Both the position numbers and the translations under genes were made by a program. Shown here piece by piece: positions 11,592-23,766 of a stretch of 64,000 nucleotides of DNA. Under the pieces are notes generated by a model. It was not told the origin of the DNA, ran no database searches, and worked only from the letters and a program-made list of their open reading frames with translations. Numbering within the stretch: the stretch's first letter is position 1; each line of letters opens with the position of its first letter. Origin of the DNA: Marsupella aquatica (Eukaryota > Plantae > Marchantiophyta); the NCBI GenBank assembly GCA_973895155.1, contig OZ316892.1, positions 30,543,328 through 30,607,327 of the forward strand, read 5' to 3'.

Positions 11592-12704
11592 TTCCTGTTA
11601 CCAGGAGAAATTGTTTCCTGTCTCCACTGCTATACCCGTACTGTAGCATCGCGACCACTAAAACCGCTATTAAGACCAGATTTTCAGCTGTTTGTGAGGG
11701 ATTGTCTCATTCTCCGATGGGAGAATAAGACAGACCGGGCACTTCGGTACGAGGCTGCAGTTGAGAACACCTCAAAATTAAAGGCATGGAGCCCTTTGTT
11801 CTATGATAAACTCCCTTATGTGATTGGTGGTTGCTCCGGTGGAAGGCAGTTTCAATGGCTGAAGCTCTATCCGCGAGGCAAGGAAATTGTTTCTGAAAGT
11901 ATCTCACAACTCTATGACTTGAATATGTTGAGCGATGTAGCCAAGTTCCTACATAGCACCATTCGGATGCACTGTCTCCTACAGAAACTACAGGAAGAAC
12001 TGGATAGTAACATCCCCTTGGCATTATATAAGCCAATAGCAAGAGGTGATGGTGGAGCAGTGACGATCTATCCTGACTGCGTGACGAAGGAAATCCCACG
12101 ATTGATGAAAGATAAGGTGACCGCGATAAAATGCCTGTATGAAAAAATCGAGGGTTCCAGGTACCTGATCCAACTTATATCCGCCCGACCATCCAGGGCT
12201 AAAACAGTATTGCAACTACAACCTGTTGGTGACCCATCTGCAAAGCCTAAGGATTGCAAGGATTTAGTAAATGCCACGCATGACATGTTATGCGGCCTTG
12301 CGGACTTGCACATGAAAGGCTACACCCACAGGGACATAAGGTGGCCCAACGTTATCAAAGTAAATGATATGGGTGAATGGAAATGGGTGATCATAGACTT
12401 GGAAGCTGCTGGAGACAACAATGAAGTATGGGTTGGTGAGGACTTAACGGGTTGGGATGCGGAAACGTTGGAAGAAGACAATGACAAAAGGAAAAGATAC
12501 ACCAAGGGATCGGACATGTACCAACTCGGGAAACTTATAGCTGAATGGCTCGATGACTTTTCTAAGGGCGGTAAGGAAGAACGTCAATTGATGAGATCCC
12601 GGGCAAAACAAATGCAGCAGGAACGTACAGCAGCAGCGAAGATGCTTGAGGATATCTGCAAGAAACGTTGCGAACGATGTCGCGTGTTTGGCACAAAGCT
12701 GTAG
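11592..12704 (+). CDS. 5'-truncated Crinkler-like protein: PD-(D/E)xK nuclease-like region followed by protein kinase-like domain
   Basis: Kinase motifs LADLH..GYTHRDIRWPNVI, WVIIDLE and YTKGSDMYQLG. The frame is open upstream of the 11694 GTG and reads LRPDFQLFVRDCLILRWENK (PD...ExK), running into the LINE tail with no ATG. Confidence 0.7.
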   Translation, partial: FLLPGEIVSCLHCYTRTVASRPLKPLLRPDFQLFVRDCLILRWENKTDRALRYEAAVENTSKLKAWSPLFYDKLPYVIGGCSGGRQFQWLKLYPRGKEIVSESISQLYDLNMLSDVAKFLHSTIRMHCLLQKLQEELDSNIPLALYKPIARGDGGAVTIYPDCVTKEIPRLMKDKVTAIKCLYEKIEGSRYLIQLISARPSRAKTVLQLQPVGDPSAKPKDCKDLVNATHDMLCGLADLHMKGYTHRDIRWPNVIKVNDMGEWKWVIIDLEAAGDNNEVWVGEDLTGWDAETLEEDNDKRKRYTKGSDMYQLGKLIAEWLDDFSKGGKEERQLMRSRAKQMQQERTAAAKMLEDICKKRCERCRVFGTKL

Positions 12705-14080
12705 ACAGGATTCTGATACTCGTATCAGTAACTCATTGGAAGGTGATCTGCTTTCCCTGAAATTCGTGTTCTTCCATATAATTATGTTGAGTTCTGTCAA
12801 CTCGATTGCTGTTGATTGGCATCAACTGTCTCACCTTGGCAAAGAGGAGATTGCCCTATGTTTTTTCTTCTCCAAATCTTCATTGACAGACAGATGCAAT
12901 AACAAAATCCAATTGTAGACTTCCGCAGGTTTCTGAAAGGAAGACCGGGAGTAAACTAAAGAGAGATATCCAAGACTTTACCTGGTGAGTTAAGGCAACT
13001 CATAGAAGAAGTTTTTCTGTATGGCATATCTGAATTTCAGGACTTGTGAGTCTCAAAATTTATCAGTCCGGCCCTGGTGTTAATGACAAAGGACCGTCCT
13101 GAGATTTGCGTTGGTTGCCGAATACTATCCATCGTTTGAAAGTTTGGCAGTTGAATGAGAGGGGGCTTCGTTTTTGTGTCATATGAACTACGTTTTAAAG
13201 GGCAGAATGTACAGAAGAATTGCATTTAGTGTAGTTCCGTATTTGTTTTGACAGCTCGGTCTGATTATTTCATAGTAGATTGCTGTCAGGTTTTGGAAAG
13301 GAAGAAGTGAAGGCACACGCAACCATGCCTCTCAGATCAATCTCTTTGAAGACCATTATTGGGTTTAAATTGTCAGATTTCGTACATGATCTCACGACTT
13401 GCAGAGTGAGCGCGGCAGATATGTCAAAGATAGTTCAAAAGGATCTCACAATGAAAAAAAGTATCTAATTTGCAAACGATGTAGGTATGCAGTAGTTCCT
13501 ATTTGGGGGAAACTCTAGTAGTTGTAGCTTATTCTGCTAACTTCCCACTCAGTTTCCGATGCAAAGGGAGAATCTCCTGTTCGTTGACAATTGGGCCGGC
13601 GTGTGAAATAGCTCAAACCCATACCAAAGAGAGAATAAAGCTACGCTTAACCGATTGATATTTTAAACTCTCCTGTGCCCTTCTTCGGTCCCGTGTGTCC
13701 TCATTCTTGATTGGGTCATTATTTGGCATCTTGTACTCTGTCCTTTCCGTTCCCAAGTGGCGGATTTTAGACTTAAAAATCACTCTATTCGACAATAATC
13801 AACGGAGAATTTACTTCATCATCCCAAACTACTGAATGTCTTTGGACCTCGTTGCTACTGTAAGTGTAGAGAAGTATATTAAAGTATGCTTACATGTGGA
13901 GCATAGAATAAGCTTGACAACTTCCATATTAGCTCACTGTTTCCCCTTTCGCAGCTTACCCATCTCAAGATGGAACTTTAAAAACTGTACCAGGACGTTC
14001 GCCTCGATGAGTTTCTATAGGCAGTGGTCCAGTTGACTACACAGATAATCTTGAACCTTTTGAAGGACTCATGAAGACAA

Positions 14081-16893
14081 CTACTTCATTGTCCACTGAT
14101 TGGGAAACGATTCACGGTAAGCTGCATCTTGATCCCTGGCTAGTTGACTAACAGTTGTATCCGTGACACGCCCATTCAGTAGCCTGCGAGCCAGCCTATC
14201 CTTCACCGTTGGTTTCTTTCGCAAGAGAGCGGTCAGCCCACCTCTTGGCTTTCTGTACGAGAGTCAGCATTGCCCCCTTCATCAAAAGCCCCACTAGGAG
14301 CCTCACCAAATTCTCCTAATCTAATTTGAGCAGTAGCTGCTTCTCTTAAGCAGGCCTCGTTGTGCTCTCTAGTTCTTTTCGCTCTATGTCTCCGTGCTAG
14401 TGCCTTGGCTTGTTCGTCCATCTTCCTAACGTTCCCTATTGCCTGCTCCGCTAGATCGATCGGGTCTAAGCTTTGATGACCTGTAAGGATGCCAGTTTCA
14501 TCAGATTCGTCACCACCAGTTCCTGTCAACTGTCTCGCATTTTCTGTCTGGGGTCCAATTGCTGACTGCGCGTGCTTTACTTCTTCAGGAATAATATTTC
14601 CTTCCTCGTCTCGCGCTCTTATAGGCCCATGGAGTGGGCATTTCCGAAGATCTCTCCGTTGGTACAACCCTCCACTCCTCAGAGGAGCTCGACAAGGGCA
14701 AATTTCAACCTTTGGGGCTTTGTAGTACGATGCCCTTATGCTGATTTCTGCAATCTTCTCAGCAGGGATCATGACATCATAGTCAACCTTCCCCCAGTGA
14801 TTCTCATATTCCATCCCCCGTGAGTTGGCAGGGATGGCACTCTGACTGCCCCAAGTGTCCAGGAATGAGCCCCATGGCAACACCGGGACTTCCTTCAGCA
14901 GATCTTGCTTGATACCCACTACGTCCATTTTCTCCGAGTTGCTTTTGATTTCTTCACTCTCCACTGTAGTTGTATAGCCGGAGCTGGGGGCGTCAGCAGA
15001 CCGGCTGCTTTCAACTGGAGGACTATGTGGAACAACTCCTATGTCGGTCAATAGATCTCCCTGTTCCCAAATTTTGACAACGAATTCCTCCCCAGTATCC
15101 CTCGCACCACTCCCCTCAATTCTCTGAATGCCAAGCCCCTCGCATTTGGCTCGAACTTGCAGCAGGTGGTTTCGTAGATCAATTATGTCCCTGAGAAAGG
15201 AGTCTCTGGAGTGCTTGTCTTCTTCAGGGTCTACTCTCATCAGCGTTGTTAACCACTCCTGAGAATTCAAGATGTTTCGAGTCGTTAGAAGCTTGTAAAG
15301 ATCCCAAAGTGTGTCAAAAACTGATGAGTTGTCTGTTGATTCCTGTGGTAATACATCCTGCTCTTCTACTACCTCCCGAAGGTGTCGAAGGTTTTCCACT
15401 CCGTATGTTTCAGATTCATCATCTTTGTCCCCAATGTCAGCACCAATTGGAGTGCCCTCTGCAGCATCTTCCGAGGTAGCAGCTGGAGGAACGAGAATCT
15501 CAAGACATTGGTCAATTTCGTCGAGTGTAGATTGGATATCAGCTTTAAAATTCGGAAATTCCTGTATCAACGTCCGGAATTTCCTCTTGAACAGCTCTTG
15601 CGTGCGTTCCTCCCTGTCCCTCCGCTGCTGATTTGCCAAAGTTGCACCCTCTCTGTCGTTAGGAAACTCCAACCTGAGAGTGGTCTTCAAGTAATCATGG
15701 CCCAGTCGAATCGGCTTGTAATGCTGTCCAAACATGTCCTTCCATTTCTCCACCAGCTCTATGCTCTTCTTGCGTAGCAACTTGGCCCGATCATCTGGAG
15801 GTGGGAGAGGATAATCTGCCCTAAAGCTGACACTGAGCAGTATGAAGATCTCGAATTGAGGAACCAAAAGCGAGCGGAAGAGCTTGGATCTAGTGAATAG
15901 TTCATCTACCAGCAACACTGCCAAGTAACGAACCTGCAGGGTAAACAAGTGAAACCAATGGCTCAGTTTTCAAAACCAATTATATGCTATGAGACTTCAC
16001 CGCCTCTCTCAACTTTCCACCTTTTCATTGGGTAAAATCCCATGCCCACCTGAGGGTTGTGCCCCATTGTGTAGCACCTGGTGAATCTACAGACACTAGT
16101 CCTTATGTGCCCCCTGCAAAAATAAATACTTGCTACCCACAATTTTCTATTACACAAAATGAAGAAAGGGAATGGGTGCTAAAACATCCTCAGGGTGCTT
16201 TCTCTGCTGATCTTCAAATTCTGAGCCTTATTAGGTACGGAAAATTGCCCCAGGCGAACCCAAAGCGTTACTGGTGATCTTCAAAGTCTGCTACCGTGAA
16301 TTGCCCTGAGCTACCTAAAGATACACTATCACTCTTGAATTTCTCCTCCGTACGTGCCACATTGAATTGCCCAGGGCTAAACGTAAATAGGGTTTGAACG
16401 GCCTTGACCAGAGACTTGAAGGCAATTATACGCAAAAGAGCCCGAATTGAGCGTTACTGATTCCTCAACAAATCTTTTAACCCTCGAGTCTTCGACAACT
16501 TGAATTCCATAAGCGTCTGCAATTCACATCACGATGAGCCAGCCGACCACAAAATCGCGATTGCTTGCCTTTGGAGAAGACCCTAATTAAAAAATCAAGG
16601 GCGACCGAGCGAATTTTGGATAACCCATATCAGAACAATTGCATAATAGTTTGCAAGCAAATTTTGTTGCGAGTAGAGAAGTGAGCGAGGGACCTGAGAT
16701 GGTTCTTTTTGAGCCAATCCAGGAGGAAATCGAATGCGGCATGAACGTTGCTGTCGAAGACACGCACGAGAGATTTAATGGAAGACAGAGCGCGATCTTC
16801 GAGGTGGAGCAGAGGAGAGGTCGTGGCGGTTTCAATCAGATCTCCCAGCCTCTTGCAATCGACGAAGATATCTCGCTCATTTGCGTTGGACAA
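14081..16893 (-). pseudogene. UVSSA: UV-stimulated scaffold protein A homolog, two exons (about 16893-16694 and 15933-14081), apparently disrupted
   Basis: N-terminal VHS-like region (LIETAT...IKSLVR...LKKNH / QVRYLA.LLVDELF.RSK.FR), DUF2043 zinc motif CRAPL..GGL.QRRD..KCP.HG.I..RD.EG, and the C-terminal KDRLARRLL...YRESFPNQW in a shifted frame. GT-AG intron 15934-16693. Confidence 0.88.
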
Positions 16894-17645
16894 TGGTGGC
16901 TCACTTTCGGCCTCTTTTATTCTACTCTCGTTTGGGCGCCTTACTCATCTTCCTTCTTCTCTCGTTTGGGCTTCCTGTCAACCATATGACGCTCAATTCC
17001 GATGGCGATACGACCGAATTAACGACCCTCCGTGTTCCCAGCTGCTTTTAATGTGATCATAGCTCAAGGATGCAGGAACTTTGCCTCCTTGTTGTCCAGA
17101 ACACTCTACTGAAGTTTCAGTCGACCATTGCACATTCAGTTTATATAACGACCTCTGGATGGCTCCCAGCTGCTTCGAGAATAATCATAGTTCATCGATG
17201 CAGGAGCTTGGCTCACTTGGAAATTTTGGGACAACGTTATGAACAAAGCGTGTAATCAAAGACGGTTACTTATTGATCCAGTCAACGAATTGTGAAAGGT
17301 TTGCATTCAGGAGAAGTCTACGCCCCTGCAGCTTCCACACAGCTTGCTTGTATCGTGCATCTCAATGTGTGGTTGGGGTTTCATGGGCCCTTTAAGAGTG
17401 TAGGGTAACCCATGGTCCCAAAGGGGTTACACCTATGGCCCCGGATTAACAAGCGCAAGTCCTTACTGTAGTTTTACTCTGTTTATGATAATTGTTTATG
17501 ACCGCAAATTGGACAACCCTCTAGGGGGGCTGGCCAAGGGGTCAAAATCTCATAATCCCCAAAGGAGGCTATTGTCTCATAAACCATCTATAGAAATACA
17601 AAATAATTACACAACCTCTAGGGGGCCTAGCCAAGGGGACAAAAT

Positions 17646-20600
17646 TGTTGAGTATAGACGTAACGGCGAGCCCATGAACCATCCAATGCACAAGAGTCGA
17701 CACAGAGAGATACGTGGTTCACCCCCACATGAAGTTATGTCCACGGGAACACACAAGAACTTTACTGCACTCTAGGCTACAGTACAGTCGTAACTCTAGA
17801 CTTAAGAGTAAATCTTAACAATCTCCCCCTTGACTCTAGTCTAGGCGTCTAGGTAAAGATTACTACCTATATGATTGCTCAGCAGGAAGTTCTGGAAAGA
17901 AAAACCAAACCGGTTTTTCCCTCTTTATACGAGGGTAGACCAGAACTAAGCCGTAGCCTATACAAGGAATGAGCAAGAGCATATCTCAGTATCTACATAA
18001 ATGTTAAGTAACCCTACTTGTGAGGCAATTGCAAAACCTGCAACACATCACGGTGTCTAGAAAAACTCTCCAAACTGAATCACTTTGGTAAATGCGTCAG
18101 CCGGGTTGAGTTTACCGTCAATCTTAACTAGTAGCTCAAACTGATTATCAGACATAGCCTGCCTAATAAAATGGTACCCGACATCGATGTGCTTCACTCT
18201 ATTGTCCATTACCTGGTTCACAGCAAGATGGAGCACACTCTAACTATCACAATGGAGCTTCACATTCCCCTGTGACAATCCCATCTCAGTGATCAGTCTA
18301 TCCAACCAAATCGCTTCCTTTGCTGCTTTCGTTGCTGCAACATACTCCGCTTTTGTAGTAGACTGAGCAATACACTTCTGCAAAGTAGACCTCCAACTTA
18401 TGCATCCACCTCCCAGTGTGAACACATAACCTGTTGTTGACCTCCTCCAATCCAGATCCTGTGCATAGTCAGCATCTATATCGCCCATCAATGATCTAGC
18501 ATTATCAGCATGTGCATCAAACAATAGACCATGATCCACGGTACCCTTTAAATACCGAATAATCCACTTCATTGCTTCCCAGTGTACCTTCCCTAGATTC
18601 GACATGTACCTGCTCACCTTGCCCATAGCCATGGCAAGATCAGGTCTAGTGCAAGTCATCAAATGCATGAGACTCCCCATTGCCTTATCGTAAGGAACCT
18701 TTGACATCAGCCCCTTCTCTGTCTCATCCATAGGATAGAAAGCTGATGACAACTTGAAGTGTGGAGCTAGTTAACGGGGTACTTACTGGCTTGCTATCCC
18801 CCATGTTGAGCCTTGCAATTACCTTTCTCGCATAACTCCTCTGCGTCAACCATAGCTTGCCAGCCTCCAAGTCCCTAGTGATCTCCATACCCAAAATTCT
18901 CTTAGCTGGCCCTAAGTCCTTCATCTTAAACTCTGCACTAAGCAGTGCCTTGAGCTTAACAATCTCAGACCTATCCTTGGCCGCAATAAGCATGTATTCC
19001 ACATAAAGTACTAAAACAATGAACCCAAAGACAATATTCTTCACCGGTTTAAGATACACACATGGGTCAAACACACTCCTGTGAAAGCCTTGTGCACGAA
19101 TCCAATCATCAAGCCGCTTATTCCACTGTCTTGGTGACTGCTTCAACCCGTACAAGGATCTCAGCAATCTGCAAACCAAATCCTTTTGCCCTCTCTTCAC
19201 AAAACCTAGCGGCTGTCTCATGAAGATCACGTCTTCCAAGGTGCCATAGAGGAAGACTGTGACAACATCCATCTGATCTAGCAGCAGACCAAACATTACA
19301 ACAAGCACACACAATAGCCGTATTGTTGAGTACTTAGCAACTGGTGAGAAGACCTCATTGTAATCCACACGTTTTTCCTATGTGAATCCTTTGGCTACCA
19401 ACCTAGCCTTGTAGACCTTCGATCCACCTCCTGTGGACTGATCCTTCACCTTGTTGCTGTCCACCACTTGCTGTCCCTCAGGTAGCTTGACAAGCTCCCA
19501 AGTTTTGTTGTCCTTCACTGACTGCATCTCCGTTTGCATTGCTGCAATCCACTCTTGCTCCTTATAAGCACTTGCCTCATGAAATGAAGAAGGTTCCCAG
19601 GCTTCTTCTAGTATCAACGCATCACCCTCATCTTCAGTAACAAAATCCTCCTCTTGCAATTGAGATGAATCAACCCACTGTCCATACCTTGGTGGAGCGC
19701 GTACAGTGCGACCAGATGTTCTCCTAGCCGATGACTCTGGTTGCATGTGCTGGTTCAATGTGAAGCTCAGCAGCATCAACTTGTTGCTCACCAGCATCAA
19801 CAAACTCCTCTGGTTCCTCTGGCATAGGAATCAACTCCATATTTGGAGCAACTCATTCTCTCCGGTCATGGATCTCATGACCAATCTCCCCCTCAACGAG
19901 ATCCGGGATAAGAGATTTTCCTTTGTTAGTACGGGAGACCTGAGTATTATCCCCCTCATTCAATAATTTGGATTCATTGAAGGAAACATCCCTGCTCACA
20001 GCGAGCTTACAGGCAATAGGATCCCATAGCCTATAGGCTTTCACACCACTCTGGTACCCAAGAAAAACACATTTCTTGGAGGTAGGATCCAACTTGGTCC
20101 TATTTTTCTTTGGTGTAAGAGCATATGCATCACTTTCAAAAACTACCAAGCCACAATAGTCTGCTTGCCGCTTATAGCGCATCTCAAACGGCGTTTTGAA
20201 ATTGATAGCACTAGAAGGAGAAAGATTTACCAAATAAGCTACGGTATTGACAGCTTCTGCCCAAAATTCCTGTGGTAAACCTGATTGGCTCAACATACTC
20301 CGTGATTGCTCCAATAGTGTCCATTCAATTGAGCCTCTCAGCGGTACCATTCTGCTGCGGAGTATAAACTGTGGTGAGATGACGAGTTATCCCCTATTCT
20401 GAACAATACTCTTCAAATTCCATTGAAGTGTACTCCCCGCCGTTGTCTGACCTCAGAATCTTCACCCTTGTATCCAAACACTTGACCGTGTTTCCAGTCT
20501 GATTCTTCACTTGGGCCTCCACTTCTTAAAAATGGACAAGACATCAGACATATGCGTCATGAAATAATCCACACAAATCTTGAGTAATCGTCAATAAATG

Positions 20601-23600
20601 ATACATAGTACAACTTTCTAGAGTGTGAGAAAGTCGGGGATGGACCCCACACATCACTATGTAAGTACTCAAGAACCGCTTTGGAACGATGAGTTCCAAC
20701 ACCGAAAGCACGACGATGCTGCTTTCCAAGAATGCAGTGCTCATAGAACTCTAATTTACAAGATTGCAAATCAGAAATGAGTCCATTCTTTTGTAAGATT
20801 TCCAACCCTTCTCACTCATGTGGCCTAGCCGTGAATGCCATAGTTTTGTCATCTCCTTGTGAGACTTGGTTACATTGGCCTCTCCACATACAGTATTACC
20901 CTGCAACACATACAAATTCTTCTGTCTACTCCCCTTCAAAATCACTGTCTCTCTCGACCTGACTTGAAGTTCACCATCAATAACGCTCCATTGATGACCA
21001 TTTGAATCCAACACACCGAGTGAAATCAGATTCTTACGCATGTCAGGTACATACCGGACTCCGGACACTGTGCGCACAGTGCCATCAAATATTTGAATCT
21101 TCACAGATGCAATACCCTCAATTTGACAAGAGTGATCATTTCCCATCAGAACTGAACCGTTTGAAACAGAATAAGAACTGAAAAACTCACGAATGTAACA
21201 AATATGAAAAGAGCAATCACAATCAAGAATCCACACATCATTTGCTCTCCTAGATGACGTGCATAGGGCATACCCCTGGCTTCATAATACATACTTATCA
21301 TTGAGTAAATCAGCATCGCCATCAGCCCTAGCCACATTTGCCGATGAAGATTCAGTTGCCTTTCCCTTACAGTCTCGCTTGAAGTGTCCAACCTGGTTGC
21401 ATTTCCAACATGTCACTTGCCTTCTCTGAGGGGATTTGCCTCTGGACTTAGATCTGGATTTAGATCTAAACTGGGTTCTACGGTCCCCAGTTGGTCACTG
21501 CATACTCCTCCCACGGTTAACATTGAGGGCAACACCAGATGATGAAGGTTGTGATGTGATGTGCATCTTCTGTTGAAGATCATCACTAAGCAGAGAACTT
21601 ATCACATCATTGTATGAAATGGTATCCCTATCACGATGCAACAACACCCGTGATAAGGACTGGTAAGATGGAGGCAATGAACTGAGAAGCTGCAGAGCCT
21701 TTGTCTCATCATTCAAAGTCTCCCCAAGGTTCTCCAAGTCAATGACCATGTCGATGAAAGCATCCACATGGTCCTACAACTTTTTACCGGATTCCTTCAT
21801 CCTGAAACTCATCAGTTTGTAGGAAGTATAGAGCCGGTTCGACAACTCCTTGCGGTGATACTTGCTCTACAATTTTGCAAACAAGGACATGCAGTCTTTA
21901 TGTGCATCCAACTGCTCGATGATGGGAGGCATGAGATAGAGTGTAACACACCACACTCCTTGCTCATGCATGCGGTCCCATTGTTTCTCATCAACATCGT
22001 CTTCATGAGGGCTTAGCAGTTGGCCCATCCCTGAAGCATAGAGCACTCCCTTCACCTGCTTCTCCCAAAGCAAGTAGTCAGAGTGCCCGTCATACTTTGT
22101 CACTTCATACTTGGGTCCCCCAAGCTTGAACGTACCCATCTTCTTCTTTGGCACTACCGTGAGCTTCGGTAGTAGAACTGCTTCCTCCACCACTCGCCGC
22201 ACCGGTGATGGTACTAGTGTCACGTGCTCTTCCTCCTGCTCCTCTCTCTCCACCACAAATCGTCGCAGTGATCCTTGTGCTTCAAGTTCCACGTCTTCAA
22301 AAATCTCCTCCGAATCACTTATATGAGAAAGACACAAAAAAAGTTGTTTTTCACAACTTCTCAAAATTCTCAAAACTAAACACCGCTACGTAGCCCACGA
22401 AGCTAGGAGTCCAACACTGAAGACCAAAATTAAAAACCAACTTTGACGGAAAAGTTATACAAATTTTGGTCACCCTTGAAACGAGGCTCCCTCGGGTCGC
22501 CCTTGGTTCAACCCTACTTAGGGTCGCCTTTGGGGCGAGGCTCTCTCGGGTCGCCCTTGGTTCGACCCTACTTTGAGTCGCCCTTTGAAACCCTGTTGCT
22601 GCAAAAATCCTGCCGCAATTCCCGGACAAAGTTACTATTCACTAACTTTGTTGTTTTCCTTGTGCCCTAGGTCGCCGCCGCACCTCACCTCTCCGCGGTG
22701 CGCTACATTGCCATAGGAAACACAATTTGCCAACATCCAATGTTGCTTGCTGCCGCCAATTCCATGAGTAAAAATGATGACCGCCGATGGGGAAATGTTG
22801 CCAAATTGCGCCGGCACAATCTGCAAGCTCAGTAGAGAAAAATCTTCCGTCGTGTCACACTCACTCCGCGTCAAGTGCCAATCCCGAACTCAAAATGACC
22901 GCCTCGCCGCGATCAAAACATTGAGCCGTAGCACTTTGCGTTTCTTCCTCCAAGTTGGACGTGACGACGAGTAACCCGGTTCAGATAAGAACAAGCTCCA
23001 TAGCCTGTGAAAAAATCTGAACGTCTCCTTCACTCGTCACGACGCACTCGGTAACCACTCGACAACAACTTAGCTACCGAAATGAACAGCTCGCTTTAAC
23101 CTCCAACATGAGCTATAACATGCAACGCCTCCCGCACCGCACAACTCAAACCGTTGAAAAAATGATCTCTGGTCTCTCCCCCGAAATACCGTCGAACACG
23201 AAAAAGAACTCCAGATCAACGCAAACTTCGATTCCTCCGCACCATGGATTTCCGATCAACGAGTTCTAACCACCGTTAGAAAGCCCTCTCACTAATCTAT
23301 CCGTTCAGCCACACACATTCAAGTTTCATGCGACGAAACTCCAAATGTAACATCGACAATGAACGCTGGAAAACCGTCACGAAAAAGACCTCGTCACTCC
23401 CCAAGCATGCTCTAATACCAATTGTTGAGCATAGCAACAATCGCAACGGCAAGCCCATGAACCATGCAACGCACAAGAGTCGACACAGAGAGATATGTGG
23501 TTCACCTCCACATGAGGCTACGTCCACTGGAACACACAAGAGCTTTACTGCACTCTAGGTCGACCGGCCATACCAAGCATCCACAGCGCAAGCTCTCTTT

Positions 23601-23766
23601 ATCTCTCAACTAGCTCCGTAACAATGAGCCCAAGTTCCATCTCTCCAAGCAAACAACGCTTGGTTATAGAGTGGGCATAACATGACTAACCTAACCAAGT
23701 CTGCAACTAAGGTTAGCCTTAACTACAGTACAGTCGTAACTCTAGACTTAAGAGTAAATCCTAACA
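17646..23766 (-). mobile_element. Full-length degenerate Ty1/Copia LTR retrotransposon (old)
   Basis: LTRs 17646-17820 and 23423-23766 (TG..CA), TSD AAAAT (17641-17645, 23767-23771), Met-tRNA PBS TGGTATTAGAGCA, PPT AGGGGGAGAT. Gag (KYDGHSDYLLW), CCHC (CWKCNQVGHFKRDC), protease (WILDC), integrase (HSDVWGP), RT (SLYGLKQSPRQW) and RNase H are all broken. Confidence 0.96.
22483..22590. repeat. About 54-bp tandem repeat (x2) in Copia 5' leader
   Basis: GAGGCTC.CTCGGGTCGCCCTTGGTTC.ACCCTACTT is repeated. Confidence 0.7.
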
